The notes under the pieces were generated by a model that saw only the letters and a list, made by a program, of their open reading frames with translations, did not search any database and had not been told where the DNA came from. DNA of 64,000 bases from Rhodosorus marinus CCMP1338 (taxonomy: Eukaryota > Plantae > Rhodophyta): contig JAMWBK010000008.1 in the NCBI GenBank assembly GCA_029953675.1, positions 1,798,001-1,862,000 of the forward strand, written 5' to 3'. Positions 1 to 12,039 of this stretch are shown one piece after another; position 1 is the first letter of the stretch, and each line of letters starts with the position of its first letter. A program made the position numbers and the translations under genes.

Positions 1-703
1 ACGCCACAACCACGATTGAAAAGCAAAGGGGGTTAGCCCAACCCCCCCAAACGAACTAGTACTCAATAAAATAAAGAAATATTACAAATGCGATCAGTGG
101 TTAGTGAAAAGTACTACCCCATTCCATGTTCATTAGTAAGCAAGGACATTGCAGTTTCCCGCATCGAGGGGGTCAATAGGCTGGCACTTCCCTTTTTCCT
201 TCCCTCGCGGAAATAATTTAAAAATTACAAGGATCCCCTTTCCCCCCCCCCAAAAAAAAAAACAACAAAATCTCAATCAACCTGGCAACCAAAACTTCAC
301 AAATTTATATTATTTTTTGCTCTCTTCATAAAAGACTCTGATTAAAAACCCCTTAAAAACCCCACCAAAACCCTCCACTACCTCAAAAATTGCAAATCCA
401 CCCCCTCCCAGTTCTTTCCTCTTTTTAAATCATCTACCCTCTCCACCACCCCCCAAGCACAATCTAAGTTGAAACTATTTTGTGAAAATAAATAGGACGA
501 TGATATGTAAATGTAACACTAAAGTTAGGGGGGTACAATTTCGGAGCTTATTTTATTGTGGAGAATGATCCTTTTTTTATTGTTTGGTGAGTTAAGTGTT
601 TTTAATTGATTTTTCTATATTGAAATATTTGGTGTTCAATAATAAAAATTGCTGGGCCAGATTTTTTTTGGGGGGGGGTAGGGGTTTGAGTGGCATTTTT
701 TTG

Positions 704-724
704 TATATATATATATATATATAT
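704..724. repeat. (TA)n microsatellite
   Basis: Direct TA dinucleotide run in the AT-rich upstream region. Confidence 0.9.
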
Positions 725-1191
725 TATTTTTTTCCCAATGTTACCTTTGTAAAAATGATCTTGTTGATGTTTTTTTTTATTATGTTTTGGTGTTGTTTTT
801 TTGTGTTTGATTTGGGAGAAGTTGAGTGTGAAAAGGAGAGATTTTTTTTTGCTGGGTTTGGAAGTGTGCGTTTAGAGGAGAGGGAAGAGGGAGGGATGGG
901 AGGGAGGAAGAGGGAGGGAGTGTTGGATGGGATAGGAGTATTTGTATTTGGATGTGAAGAGTTTTTTGTTGTAGGGTGGTATGGATTTGTTATGGGTAGA
1001 GAGGAGGGAAAGGTGGAGAGGTGGTGGGATAAGTTAGGAATTGGAATGGATGACGGTTTATTGGGTGAGTTTAGGGAGGATGTGTTGATTTTGTGAGTAT
1101 TTTCTAGGGAGGGGGGTTTGAGTGGAGGTTGGGATTTTCGTGTTGTTTTTTGTTTGGTTTTCGTTTTCGTGGGAGAGGTGATATCGGCTGA

Positions 1192-3176
1192 ATGATGGAG
1201 GTTCAGAGTTCCTTTGATACCTCTGGTAGGAGGAATTCTGGCAACTCGAGAAGACCAGGGCGCCCGGCGACCTACATATTTGATCGTCCCGATGATGAGC
1301 TGACGGAGGAGGATCGCAAGTTGAAGAATGCGGTGTTGAAAAGGAGAAGTCGCCAGAATAGGTCATATCAGAAACGCAAGATGATGAAACTTGCGCAGAA
1401 GCAGGCAAACGGACAAGCTGTTGATTTCCTGACCGTGGCGGGTGCAAATGGAAGCGCAGCAGGCCCCGAGGATATCAATGAGGATGTTGACGAGGTGACG
1501 GCAGTTGATCTAGTTGATATGGTGTCAAGGGTGGAGACCCAGCCGGAGGTCGTGCCAACCTCAGAGGAGCTAGGGGAGGATCTCGAGGAGTGCGTGCTCA
1601 TGGCCGTGAAAGGTACAATGGATCGCAGTCTGAGCATTTCGCATTCTAGCGGTGTCAAGGATGTCCTCTTTGGAAGCCTGCGAGATCGCTTTGCGGAACT
1701 CCCTGGGGAAGGGCAAGGTGCGCTCCGTGCGCTTTCGGTGTTTCCGAGGGACTTTGACATGGCTTCGGCCGCCGCCGTGATGGGTCGAGGTAGCGGCGAT
1801 GACCTCTCCCAGGCGATCGACCTCATGCAGCCCTTGTTCACCTCCGGCTTTATTTCCTCCTCGAACGGGCGCTTCGAGCTGAACCAGGTGACCAAGCTCT
1901 TCCTTACTGAGGAAGTGCCCTTTGGCGGCGATACCTTAGTCACCGAAAGGCGGGATCCGTCAGTGTCCCGGTATATAGATCATTTCCAAAACTTGCTGAG
2001 CAACTTGACGGATCCGAGTATTCACAAGCTGGGCTTCGCCCGTGAGCATGCAATGCAAGTCTTCGATACCGAGAGGCAGAACATGGATTATGCAATAGAA
2101 CTCAGTCGTTTGAAGGGTCCCGAGAGGCTGCGAGAATTTCTTGCGGTGGGTGCTGCCGTTATGCGGTATTGCGTCGATGCTTCTACGAGAATACAATACC
2201 TGCAAGCTGCGCTCGAAGGGAAAAACCTGCTCACCGACGCCAACGAGCCGAGAGGAGATCGGCGGAATGTCGTTCGTTTGGAACTCGCGCGCGCCGAAGC
2301 GCTCTGTGACAACCAGTCACTGGAAGACGCCGAGGAGCCCCTGAAGAAGGCAATGGAGCTTATGGACAGGGACTTTACCAAATCTTCGAATGGTATCATG
2401 GACACTGTGCTAGTCCTGCTTCTCTTCGCAGGAGTGAAGATCAACTTGAGCAAGACGGAAGAAGGGCACAAGCTTCTCGTTGAGGCGCTGAGGATACTGA
2501 ACAAAATCGGGCTAGGAAAGACGACGCTAGCTGTAAACGCATTGACGAACCTGGTCACAATCTATGTACAAAGGGGTCAGCTGGATAGGGCGAACTACGT
2601 GGCAACGGAGCTGCTCAATACATTGCACGCGATGCGCTATGACAAGATGCCCATATACGCGGATGCCCTCGGCGTCCTGGCGATGGTAAGAATGGCAGCT
2701 GGGGACTACACGGATGCAGCGAGACAATTTGGCTCTGGCCTTGAGGTGAGATTGTCGCGAAATCCAACCGAGAAAATGCGTTGGTGAAGTGTGAATGGCG
2801 GCGTCTAAGAGTGTCCTAATTTCGCTTTTCGGTTGTAGATCGTTGCTGGCTGGGGTTCTAAATCCTGGACAAGCGTTCCCGTGCAACATTGCCTCGACCT
2901 TGACATCTGGTTGATGGAGGGACTTGCCATAAGTCTCAACTTGCAGGTAGGTTAACGTTGACAACGCTTCTCCTCAATCTGGAGGGTTCGACTTGTGCTA
3001 AAAAGCGTTCCTTGCGTATGTGAACGTTGTAGGGCCTGGAGAAGGATGCCAAGTACATGGTGACCCTTGCTTCGGACGCCAGACTGTCGAGAAGGCTGAA
3101 GAGTCTTACCTATGACATTTTGGGAGGGGAGCACGTCGTCCCTACCTGGCTGACAACTTCGAGACATCTGTACTGA
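1192..3176 (+). CDS. Winged-helix (STAND/NB-ARC C-terminal-like) plus TPR-repeat protein with a basic N-terminal helix, ~601 aa, 3 exons (1192-2745, 2839-2946, 3033-3176)
   Basis: 531-aa ORF extended by two phase-0 GT-AG introns to TGA at 3176. LRALSVFPRDFDMASAAAVMG and GRFELNQVTKLFL resemble STAND helical/winged-helix motifs. TPR-like helices follow (YADALGVLAMVRMAAGDYTDAARQF). No Walker A seen. Confidence 0.75.
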
Positions 3177-3241
3177 GCTGGGAACTGTGATGCGCAATGG
3201 CTTGGTATGGTTTACCTGTATATATTCATATATATTAACTT

Positions 3242-4180
3242 TTAGCATCGGCTGGGGTTTGAAAAACCCCCAACGACGAGTTTGGAGGGTGACCCTCTTT
3301 GCAGCTGTTTCTTGGAGCCAGCCGAAAAGCCCTCGCCCTTAACGGAACAGGAGAGACTGTTGTGAGAGCGTTCGGATGGCCCAGAAGTCACAGATGTGCG
3401 CCGAGGAGACACTTTTGGCCTGGAGGAGGAACGCCGAGGCAAGAGTGGCTTGGATACGTCATACGTCTGAGAAACTCGGCAGGTAGCCCCCAGTGCTCTT
3501 TGCAATGCTTAGAATCTTTATTAGTCGACGGAAAATAGGAGTTGGTCGATCCTTGGGAGTCCCCCTGGTTTTCTTTTCTGCCTCGCAAAGGAAACGACGG
3601 GCCTCCGAAATGAAAACGTTGGATGAGAAATGAATAGAAATTTCATGAGCCGCAGTGCTCTCTGGCTGAATAGATTCCAATGGCCTCAAAACAATCCTTG
3701 CGGAAATCGGACGGTTGCCTTCTCCGTACATTAAACTTAAGCAAAAAAAGTCGACAGTTGTACTTCTTTCTGTCACCGGCGGCCGCCCATGCAAGGCCAG
3801 CGCCCATCGCGGGCATTTTCCTCTCACTGCTCGGCAACCACCGCCTCTCTTTCATCGCGGAAAACGGGAACCTCTAAAATAAGTCCAGGACTCATGCTAG
3901 GTTTCAATTGTGCTCCAGCTCTCGCAGCTCGTGCTAAGGCAGGTAAAATCAACAAGATTCAAGAATCCGATGAAGTTCTCATTCAATGGCGTGAATACCA
4001 CCACCACTACTCGGGCCGAGGGCAGACGTAACGAGGCTGAATGCAGAGCGGAACAGCTTCCTCGCAAATTGCCACCGGATCCAGCTGGTATCTCCCAGAG
4101 TTGCGGCATAGGTCTGGGACGGCTGCACGAGAAAGGGTCCCCACTGGTAAGTGCGGTTAGCACGCACGCCCGGGGCACTT
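3242..4180 (-). CDS. Possible small spliced hypothetical gene
   Basis: Overlapping minus-strand ORFs (3459-3827, 3242-3505) with protein-like composition in a compact intergenic gap. No recognisable domain, start or splice model. Confidence 0.2.
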
Positions 4181-4221
4181 GAATTATTACTGGTACTCGT
4201 TGCGTTGACTACGCTCAAAAA

Positions 4222-7075
4222 TCAGCTGGCCTGTTGATGCTTGGAGGACAATGCGTGACCTCGACGTGGGGCCGTAGTCGGCCCGTGCCACGGCAGCTTT
4301 GTCGCTTTTGTGTAAAGCGAACGCTCATGGGACAGCTTGACGTTATCGCGTTCCTGCCACAGAGGTGTCCTCAAGTCTACCACGTTCCGTTCAAAATCGG
4401 CCACCGCATCGCGCACGTCGACGTCCTGATCCGACGCTAGTGCTCCGAGCGTTTCGTGAAACTCATCAAGCTCTCCACAGACAGCAAGCAACGGCAGCAT
4501 CGTCCTCGCCAACCTCAATCGGACGTTCGAGATTGGGTCCTTTCTCAGTCCCAGCACGGGACGTGCGAAGACGGCCCGAAATGTGACCGAAGAAAACACC
4601 TGCGACATGGGCACATCGTACTGGATTTCAGTGATCTTGTTTTTGAGCCATACTGGCTGGCGGCTTTCAGTTCCCTGGCACTGCTTACTTCAAGCGCGAT
4701 CTCGGCACCGTGTATCATTGCGATTCGCATCCGGTAAGGGTGCTTTGAATATTCACAGCTACACCAAAACTCACGTACAGCCTCATCTCTATAGATCTCG
4801 TCGTCAAAGAAAGCAAACGACCTAACAATCGCGTCCATACACGCGTCCTGGACGACTGGCATACCGTTCTCCAGGATCTTGAAGAGCGCCGGCTCGATGA
4901 CCTCGAATATGAGCGCGGGAGGAAACGCTTGGACGCACTTAGCGATCTGGTCGGATACCAGCTTCTGCATTCGCCAGCTTCCTTCGACATGGGGATATAT
5001 GGTCTTGAGCAGGCCGCCAAGTTGTCGCACGATTTCAGTGTGTCCGTGATCCAGGAAGGATACCACCACTGCGCTGAAATTCTCAAACGCGTTCATACTT
5101 ACGGCGGGATTTTTATCGTAAAGGAGCGTAGCCACCGCCTTGCCCAGCTTTTCAATCTTCCCTGTACGTGCCAACGCCTTGACCGTCTCGTGGATTCCCG
5201 ACGATACGATCCAACGCACTTCGGCATCCTTGTCTTTCGAGAGGTACTCGGCCACGGCGGAGAGCTCACCACCAAACTTGTCACCCAGCGCGAGGCAGAC
5301 TCCTGGCAAGTTGAATGCGGTGTTTCTCCTGATGATGGGTCCATTGCACGTTGCCATTCCTACGTAGGCTTTCAGAGCCTCTTTCCTGAACCCTTTCTGG
5401 TAGAACAGAGCGACAGAGTAGAGGAGCTCACCAAAGACGTCCGAGCAGACATCCAGGAGCGTATACTCCTCATCCTTGACCAGACGCTGATCCTTCTCGG
5501 AAGACGCGTTCGCAAACCGGATCTGCCTCATCAAGATCGGCGGAAGCGACTCCTTGAAGAGTTTCCTGTCCGAGTTCTCCAACCCCCGCTGTTTCTCCAC
5601 AATCTGTGCGATCGTACGCAGCGACGTAGCCTGTATTCTAACGTCATCCTCATCCAAATACGCCACCAGCTTGACCCAGATCGTCTCCTGAAGAACCTTC
5701 TCAGACATCGACCCTCCAACAGATTTCATCGCCTCTGCTGTGGTTCCCCTAACGGTCACATCCTCATCCTCCGACAACCTCATCACCCTCGGTAAAATCT
5801 CGTTCTCGGCCAGCTCCATACTGACGCCTCCTAGAGCTCCCAATATCCTCGCTGCAAACTTCCTCGATTCAGTGTCTCTAGATCCAAGGTGATCATCCAC
5901 CAGCCTATTTGTCAGAAAACCGAGAGGAACCGTCCGTTAGGCCCTTCAAACTCCTGAAGCCACATCCTGATCAAACCGGAGAACCAGGAGTGGATATGGT
6001 ACATAGGGTTCCCAAAGTAGCCTGTGGGGTATTAACATCCAGACTTGTGATCGAGATTCGACCTGCTCGAGCGTTGGATTGTACATCCCAGTCCGAGCAG
6101 ATCGATCGTTCGACGAGGAGATGGAAGAAAGGCATCAGTCTTTCGCAGTCCTGAAAGCCATCCGCATTAAGCTAGAGAACCTTGGACTGGATGCCATATA
6201 GGTGACGTCTTGGAACCAGGGTTTCCAGAGCGACCTGTAGGGTATCACCGTCCACGTTCTCATCTGCTCGAGCGTTGGATTTGTACATCCCAGATCGACC
6301 AGATCGATTGTTTCGAGCAGCAGGAGAGGTCGTCCCCGGCTTGGTTTGACGGGAAACTTCTCTATGGTTTTCGGCCCTGAAGAGCTGATGGGTTTGGCTT
6401 GACTTACTTTATGAAGTGAGCAGCATCGTTGTGATAGTCGACAAGCCGTGGGATGACTTCGACTAGAATGCTCGCCCAAGCTTGGTAGAAGAACGCCAGT
6501 TCTTCCTGCTCGAGATTTTTGCCGGATGTTTTGATCACAGTCATGGAGGCTCGCGCGATGCCTCTAGCAGAGTCCAGTGGGATTTGGAAGAGCACAAGCA
6601 GCGCCAAAGTCTATCGAATTTGAGGCAAAGAACAAAGTCTCCGGTTCAGCCGGGGGGTGGGGGGGGGGCTGGAAGTGAGTAGACGAAAGAGGATGATTGC
6701 TTACTGCTGCAGCTGTGAGTTGGACGTCCATTTTCCATAAATGAATTCTGGTGCAAATAATTGGAAGCAACGTGCGCAGAATATCGTCCATGCAGTGTCC
6801 AAATAACTGCTGAATCTCTTCTAGAACAAATGTCCGCTCGGAGTCCGTTCCATCCTTTAGCAACTCGGCCATCTTCTGTACACTGTAGACGACCTCAGAG
6901 GAAGCCAATTGAAGCTCAACCTCCTTATGTATACGTACCCACCCAAGAAATCCACAGGAAAAGTTCGATCTTGAGACACGGTCTAAATCATTGTTTCTTT
7001 ATCCCGAAAGCGCCCACGCTTTCAGACGATGAAATCCCTCACCTGATCCGTCGCATCGGCATTCTGAACGCGCAT
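4222..7075 (-). CDS. PPP4R4: HEAT-repeat protein phosphatase regulatory subunit, PP4R4-like, multi-exon
   Basis: ORFs 6564-6908, 6404-6607, 4545-5900 and 4222-4614 join at GT-AG sites. HEAT signatures include ILPRVMRLSEDEDVTVR, LSKDKDAEVRW and LRKDPISNVRLRLA, and RRNTAFNLPGV resembles PP4R4. Start (~7075) and the exon end near 6190 are uncertain. Confidence 0.75.
5950..6330. repeat. Imperfect tandem duplication (~180-bp copies, ~200-bp offset) inside the PP4R4-like gene
   Basis: GCTCGAGCGTTGGATT(T)GTACATCCCAG occurs at ~6065 and ~6266. Flanking blocks also align (5953-5985 vs 6150-6181; 6004-6036 vs 6217-6249). Confidence 0.8.
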
Positions 7076-7249
7076 GGCTTCACTACGCTTTCAGCCCGTA
7101 CCAAAACTCCTCTTCTCATCCAAAGCTGGGCCTCAAAGCCCTTCAGAACTTTCCACAAAGCCACAAACAACAAACAAAACAAAACAAAAGTGCTCAAGTC
7201 CCAAATCTATACCATTTAGCCACAAGTTATTTCAACCTAAGATCATCCT

Positions 7250-9460
7250 CCAACGTTCATCAATACAGCACACAAACGGAAAGCTCCTCTTCTCCAAAGA
7301 AGCAAGATCAGTATACAGAGCCTCTCTTGCTTTGGGTTCCAATTCACACTCCTCTCTCTCCACTGGTATTCTTGCAGTTCGTCACCGCTCTCTCTCTCTC
7401 TCTCTCTCAGATCAGAGCGACAGTGCACCACTTCTCCCCGAAGTACTCCACAACAAAACACCACCCCCCAAAAAAAATTTGGTTTATCTCTTGCTTCCAA
7501 ACTCCTTTGGCAGAAGACAGTTGTCTCTCCAAACCACCTCTTCCAAAACCTCTCCTTCACTGCTTTGCTTTCTCCTCCTCTTCGCAAGGTATACAATCCA
7601 GTCTCCACAACACGAAACTCAGACTTGTTCCATGCTCATTCTCTTCTCAATTGTCCAAGCTCCTCTCTTCCACAAGAGAACGTCTTCTACCCCTTGAAGT
7701 CTCCACTCTCATCGATCCTCATCACAGATTTCCACGCCGATACCTTTTTACATGAACGAAGTCAAAGACGAACAAGAAGCTCATCATCTTCACTTGGCAA
7801 GGAAGAGATCTCTATCGTTGTAACACCAGACACAAACCTCCAGATGACGAGTTAGTTTGTCATAAGCTGAGATAGACAGAGCAGACACTTTAGGAGGAAG
7901 ACGATAGCGAGCTCATCACCATTAAGTAGGAGGATCTCTTATCGTTGCAACTCCGAACTAAGACAATCTCCAGTTTGCGAGAAGGCAAAATAGACAGAGA
8001 ATACATAAAGTTGTACTAGCTGCTTTAGAAAGAAGAACGATAAGCTGACCATCTTTATGGACGGGGAAGACCTCTATCGTTGTAACACCAGACTAACACA
8101 AACCTCCAGATGACGAGAGAGTTTGTCAAAAGCAGAGTTAGACAGAGACACTTTAGGAGGAAGACGATAGCGAGCTCATCATTATTATGTAGATGGAGGA
8201 TCTCTATCTGTACTAGCTGCTTTAGAAAGAAGAACGATAAGATGACCATCTTTATGGACAAGGAAGATCTCTATAAGTGAAACACGAAACACCGGACCAA
8301 CGCAAACCTCCAGCTGGCGAAACAGTGTTCGTCAAAAGCAGAGTGGAGAGAGAGCATACAACAAGGTCTACTAGCTGCTTTAGAAGGGAGACGATAAGCT
8401 CATCATCCTAATGGAGGAGGAGGATCACCATCGTTGACCACCAAACACAAACCTCCGGGTGGCGCGATTGTTCCTCAAAAGCAGCAGAGAGAGAGCATCC
8501 AACAAGGTCTTTTGGCTGCTTTAGCAAGCAGACAATAAGCTCATCATCTTTATGGAGAACATTCTAACGCCACCTTCCGGCGGTGAGATAGTTCGTCAAG
8601 AGCAGAGTAGACAGGGCATACAACAGGTTCTATTAGCAGCCCCAGAAAGAAGACAAGAAAGCCCATCATCTTCGCGGACAAGTGGATCTCTTTGGTCCCG
8701 GCGATAGGAAACCAAAGGCAGGATTCGTGATCTCCATCGTAGTGAGACAGCAGACGAATGGAACCCCGCAGGTGGCAAGATCGTTCGTCTAGTAAGTGGA
8801 CAAAGCTTCTATCGATGCCTTAGCAAAGTTCAGCTCATGATCTGTATCGCCGCGACTCCAAGACAGTGTTAGAGCAACTATAATCTTTTCTGAGCCGCTG
8901 CCACAGGTTGGGATGGCGCGATAGTTCGTCAAGCAAGCAGATGGAGCTGTGACCAAGTTTAATATTACGACGACAACAATCTCATCATCTTCATGACCAA
9001 GAGGATCTCTATCGTGGGTTTCCCATACGAAACATAATGATTAACGATTGCCGGGCAGACCTCCATGTAAATCCCATGGTCCATGGAGGTGACCTGGAGC
9101 TAAACTGAAAACCTGATCGACAGTCTGTTAGGAGTCGAAGACGATAAACAGTCACCTGAAAGCGGAAGAGTCTCCATCCCAGAGAACGCATCCTCACTTT
9201 CAAGGGACTCTTCGCCTTTCTCCGGTTCACACCGACACAAATTGAATTGTCGCACATGCTGTGGGCGGTTGAACCGCTGTAGTCCTGAATGATGATGTTG
9301 ATATAGTCTTGGGTGACTGCGACTCCACTCCCGCGGTGGCAAAACGTCGCAAGACGAGAGGAGCAAGGTGATGCGAACCCTTCCCTTTAGCCCAAGGTTC
9401 GAAGATGCTCCACGAACACGATGAGTAGTGGCCTTCCAAGGACTACGACTACGTCCATCT
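7250..9460 (-). repeat. Degenerate tandem array, ~130-150-bp unit, about 10-12 copies; probable decayed repeat-protein sequence
   Basis: Anchor AAGCTCATCATCTT recurs at about 7777, 7910, 8042, 8172, 8239, 8396, 8537, 8659, 8832 and 8978, with weaker copies near 7281, 7657, 9150 and 9440. The by-eye consensus is stop-free in one minus frame. Confidence 0.75.
7388..7408. repeat. (CT)n microsatellite
   Basis: Direct CT run. Similar runs occur at ~11849-11865 and ~18576-18601 (USP39 intron). Confidence 0.9.
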
Positions 9461-10393
9461 CACGGGGCGCGCGACGAGGGTAGGCGGCATACTTGTCCGG
9501 TGGAGCAGGCTGAACCCTTATCCTCCGTCAAGATTCTCGGCTAGGATAGGCAGTCCAAATACTAATCAGTGATGAGTCTATCAATATTGAGACAGGGCTT
9601 GATGGACTCCAGAAGAGGCCTCCAACCTGGAGACGTGTTGTTCAATATAACTCGAAGGTTGAAAAGCTCTCGTTTTTTTGCTGGTCGGCTAAGCGAGAAC
9701 CAGTCTCTCCACCTCAGTCTTTGTAAAGTTTCTCATCCCGTCTTCCCCATGGCCTGCTGGATCTTCTCGAAGGAGAGATATGATCGGGTGGGTCAGTTTG
9801 GTAGTCGATTTCTGGTGACAGTGACCCGAGTATATACACGTCCACTTTACCAGGAGATCTAGTCGTTTGTCGATGGTAACACCAGAAATACTGCTGGATG
9901 ATCACCTCGAGGATGAGAGAGTCCTCGTCTTCGTTAGATTTTGGGGGTTGGGTTAACAGCTGACCAGCTCAACCCCCTCTCGCGAAGGGTACAAACGATC
10001 TCGCGTCAGAGATGCCGAAGCAGACACACGGCAGAGGGTAACGGAGCAAGCAAGGCTATCTTCAGAAGATCGGGGACCAGCGATCGCGGCTCGCGGCTGA
10101 GATTTCATAGGCCTTTCGCAAACTCCCAGTCGGAAAGTCAACGGATGAGCACCAAAGAAACCAATATGATGGACGCCGAAGATCACAAACAGCAGGCTCG
10201 CAGCACAAACTGCTGGTTTTGTGCTCTGGCTCTGATACCAGGCTGTCCAAATCCGGTTACGGCAGCAGCGCGCACTTCCGCTCGTGCTTGGAGCACGTCA
10301 AGATCCAGTGGGGATTGTGGCGCAGGTTGACTCGATATCTCAAGACGGGTTTTCCCTGTGCATTTCTTGGTTTGGAGGGCAAAGTGAACGGGA

Positions 10394-11779
10394 TCAGCGG
10401 AGGTTGACATCCAGTTGAAGCAGCCAGTCCCGAAGCGCTGAGTCCTTTGGATCCTGGTGTTTCTGCACAAACCCATGCTGGAGGAGCTGCGACGCCGTCG
10501 GTCTTTTGGTAACCTCATACTCGAGACAGGTTTCCGCAAACTCTAAAAGCTCAGAGGACACCTCATGAGCCCCGAGCATCTCCAGGCAGCGTCCTCTTAT
10601 CGATCTATTTTCACACATATCCCAGTACAGCGATCGATTCGGAACCGGATGACTATAAACCGACGGCAAAGAGACAGTTCGATCAGCACCGACGACGGCC
10701 TCAGCGGGAGAAAAGTCGGACAAGCGGCTCATGCACTGCGCTTCGTTTACCTTCCCAACGCCGCTTCGGAGACGACCAAACCCATGCTCCATATGTCAGA
10801 CGGATACGAATACGTTTCGTCCATTAGACGCTCAGGTGCCATGTACTCAATTGTCCCTCCTAGCTCGGGATCTTCCTTGCTGAAGGGTTTCTTCTTCAAT
10901 GACATACCAAAATCGGTCAACGTCGTGACATTTCGATGCTTGGAGAGAAGAATGTTCATAGGTTTGATGTCACGGTGGACCACTTCTTTCGAGTGGAGAT
11001 ACTCTAGTCCTTGTAGACAGTGTCTGGCTACTGTGCTTAGTACGTCTTCCGGAAGTGCTCCTAGCGAACGACAAGAAACAAGGAAGAAGGCGTAGGTTTA
11101 TACATACGTTGGTTTCTGCACAAAGTTCGTCGATGATCTTTGGAGGGAAGCTTAGGTTTACCCAACTTGGACATCGCGCTTGAAAGACATCCGGAGTCCA
11201 TGTACTCGAGGAGGAGGGTGAGGAGTTTCTCATCTTCACTATAGAATGCACCGTAGAATGTGACGATATTCTCGTGCTTGAGGAGGGATAGCAGACGAAA
11301 CTCGGCACGAAGCTGCTCCTTGTCATGCGCGTTCCGAACCGTTTGGACCTTCACCGCAATCGGAAGTTTCGTGAACTTGTGATGAGTAAGATAGACAACA
11401 CCCTGTGCACCCTTTCCGAGCTCCTATCCGGAGGTTTTTGCCAATACCACAAGAAAAAGTTTGGACAGAAAGCCCCTTAAGCGCTACAACTCGTCAAGGA
11501 AGACCAAGTCTCCCCCTGCAACTCTTGTGAAACTGTTCCTACCTTCACTCGAACGATATCGTTCGGTCCTGTCACAACCACCTGCCGCGCTCTAGAATAC
11601 TCAGGATGCGATGGATCTAGCTTGACCACAATCGGCTCAGTAAGAAAACGCAAAACCGTCGTCCGACGATCCCAAAGGTTCTCAAACTTGGCTAGGTCAG
11701 CTGCCGATAGCGCTCCAGGTCGACCTCCTCCGTGCTCTATCCATTCCTCCTCATTCATATCGAACCATACATCCCCCAA
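10394..11779 (-). CDS. MAP kinase kinase (STE7/MAP2K family), 4 or more exons
   Basis: Spliced model gives ELGKGAQGVV, IAVK, HRDIKPMNILL, DFGMS, GTIEYMAPER and YSYPSDIWSMGL, typical of MAP2K. Start uncertain (ATG 11758 or an upstream exon near 11940). Confidence 0.85.
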
Positions 11780-12039
11780 CTCTACCTTCCTCCCCAGTAG
11801 TAACCTATGACCAGTTCATAACCTCATCCTTGCTATTTCCCTCTCTCCCTCTCTCTCTCTCTCTCACGATCTTCTTCATCATCGTCGAGCTGCTGCTGAC
11901 CCAAACTCTTTCCCACTTCGGTCTTCAGCTCAGTGTTCATTGACTTTGGGGAGCCCTTCATTGAGTACTGAGCTTTGAAGACTTGGGTTTTGGAATGGAA
12001 TTTTGGACGAATTCTACTGACCGTCACCATCCTGTTGAA

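Noticed and set aside
149-1096. ORFs 149-331 and 596-1096
   Set aside because: Translations of low-complexity AT-rich, poly-T and G-rich upstream DNA with no domain signal.
4929-5795. Long antisense ORFs over PP4R4, MATE, TIC236 and SMC2 (e.g. 4929-5795, 26743-27258, 40774-41481)
   Set aside because: Expected shadows of coding sequence at this GC content.
7777-9020. Plus-frame reading NLQLAR*FVKSRVERAYNKVY*LL*KEDDKLIIFMDKEDLYRC with recurring TAGs, suggesting TAG recoding
   Set aside because: TAG terminates confident genes here (USP39, LhcR, TIC236, SPPL). The TAGs are simply antisense CTA (Leu) codons of the stop-free minus frame.
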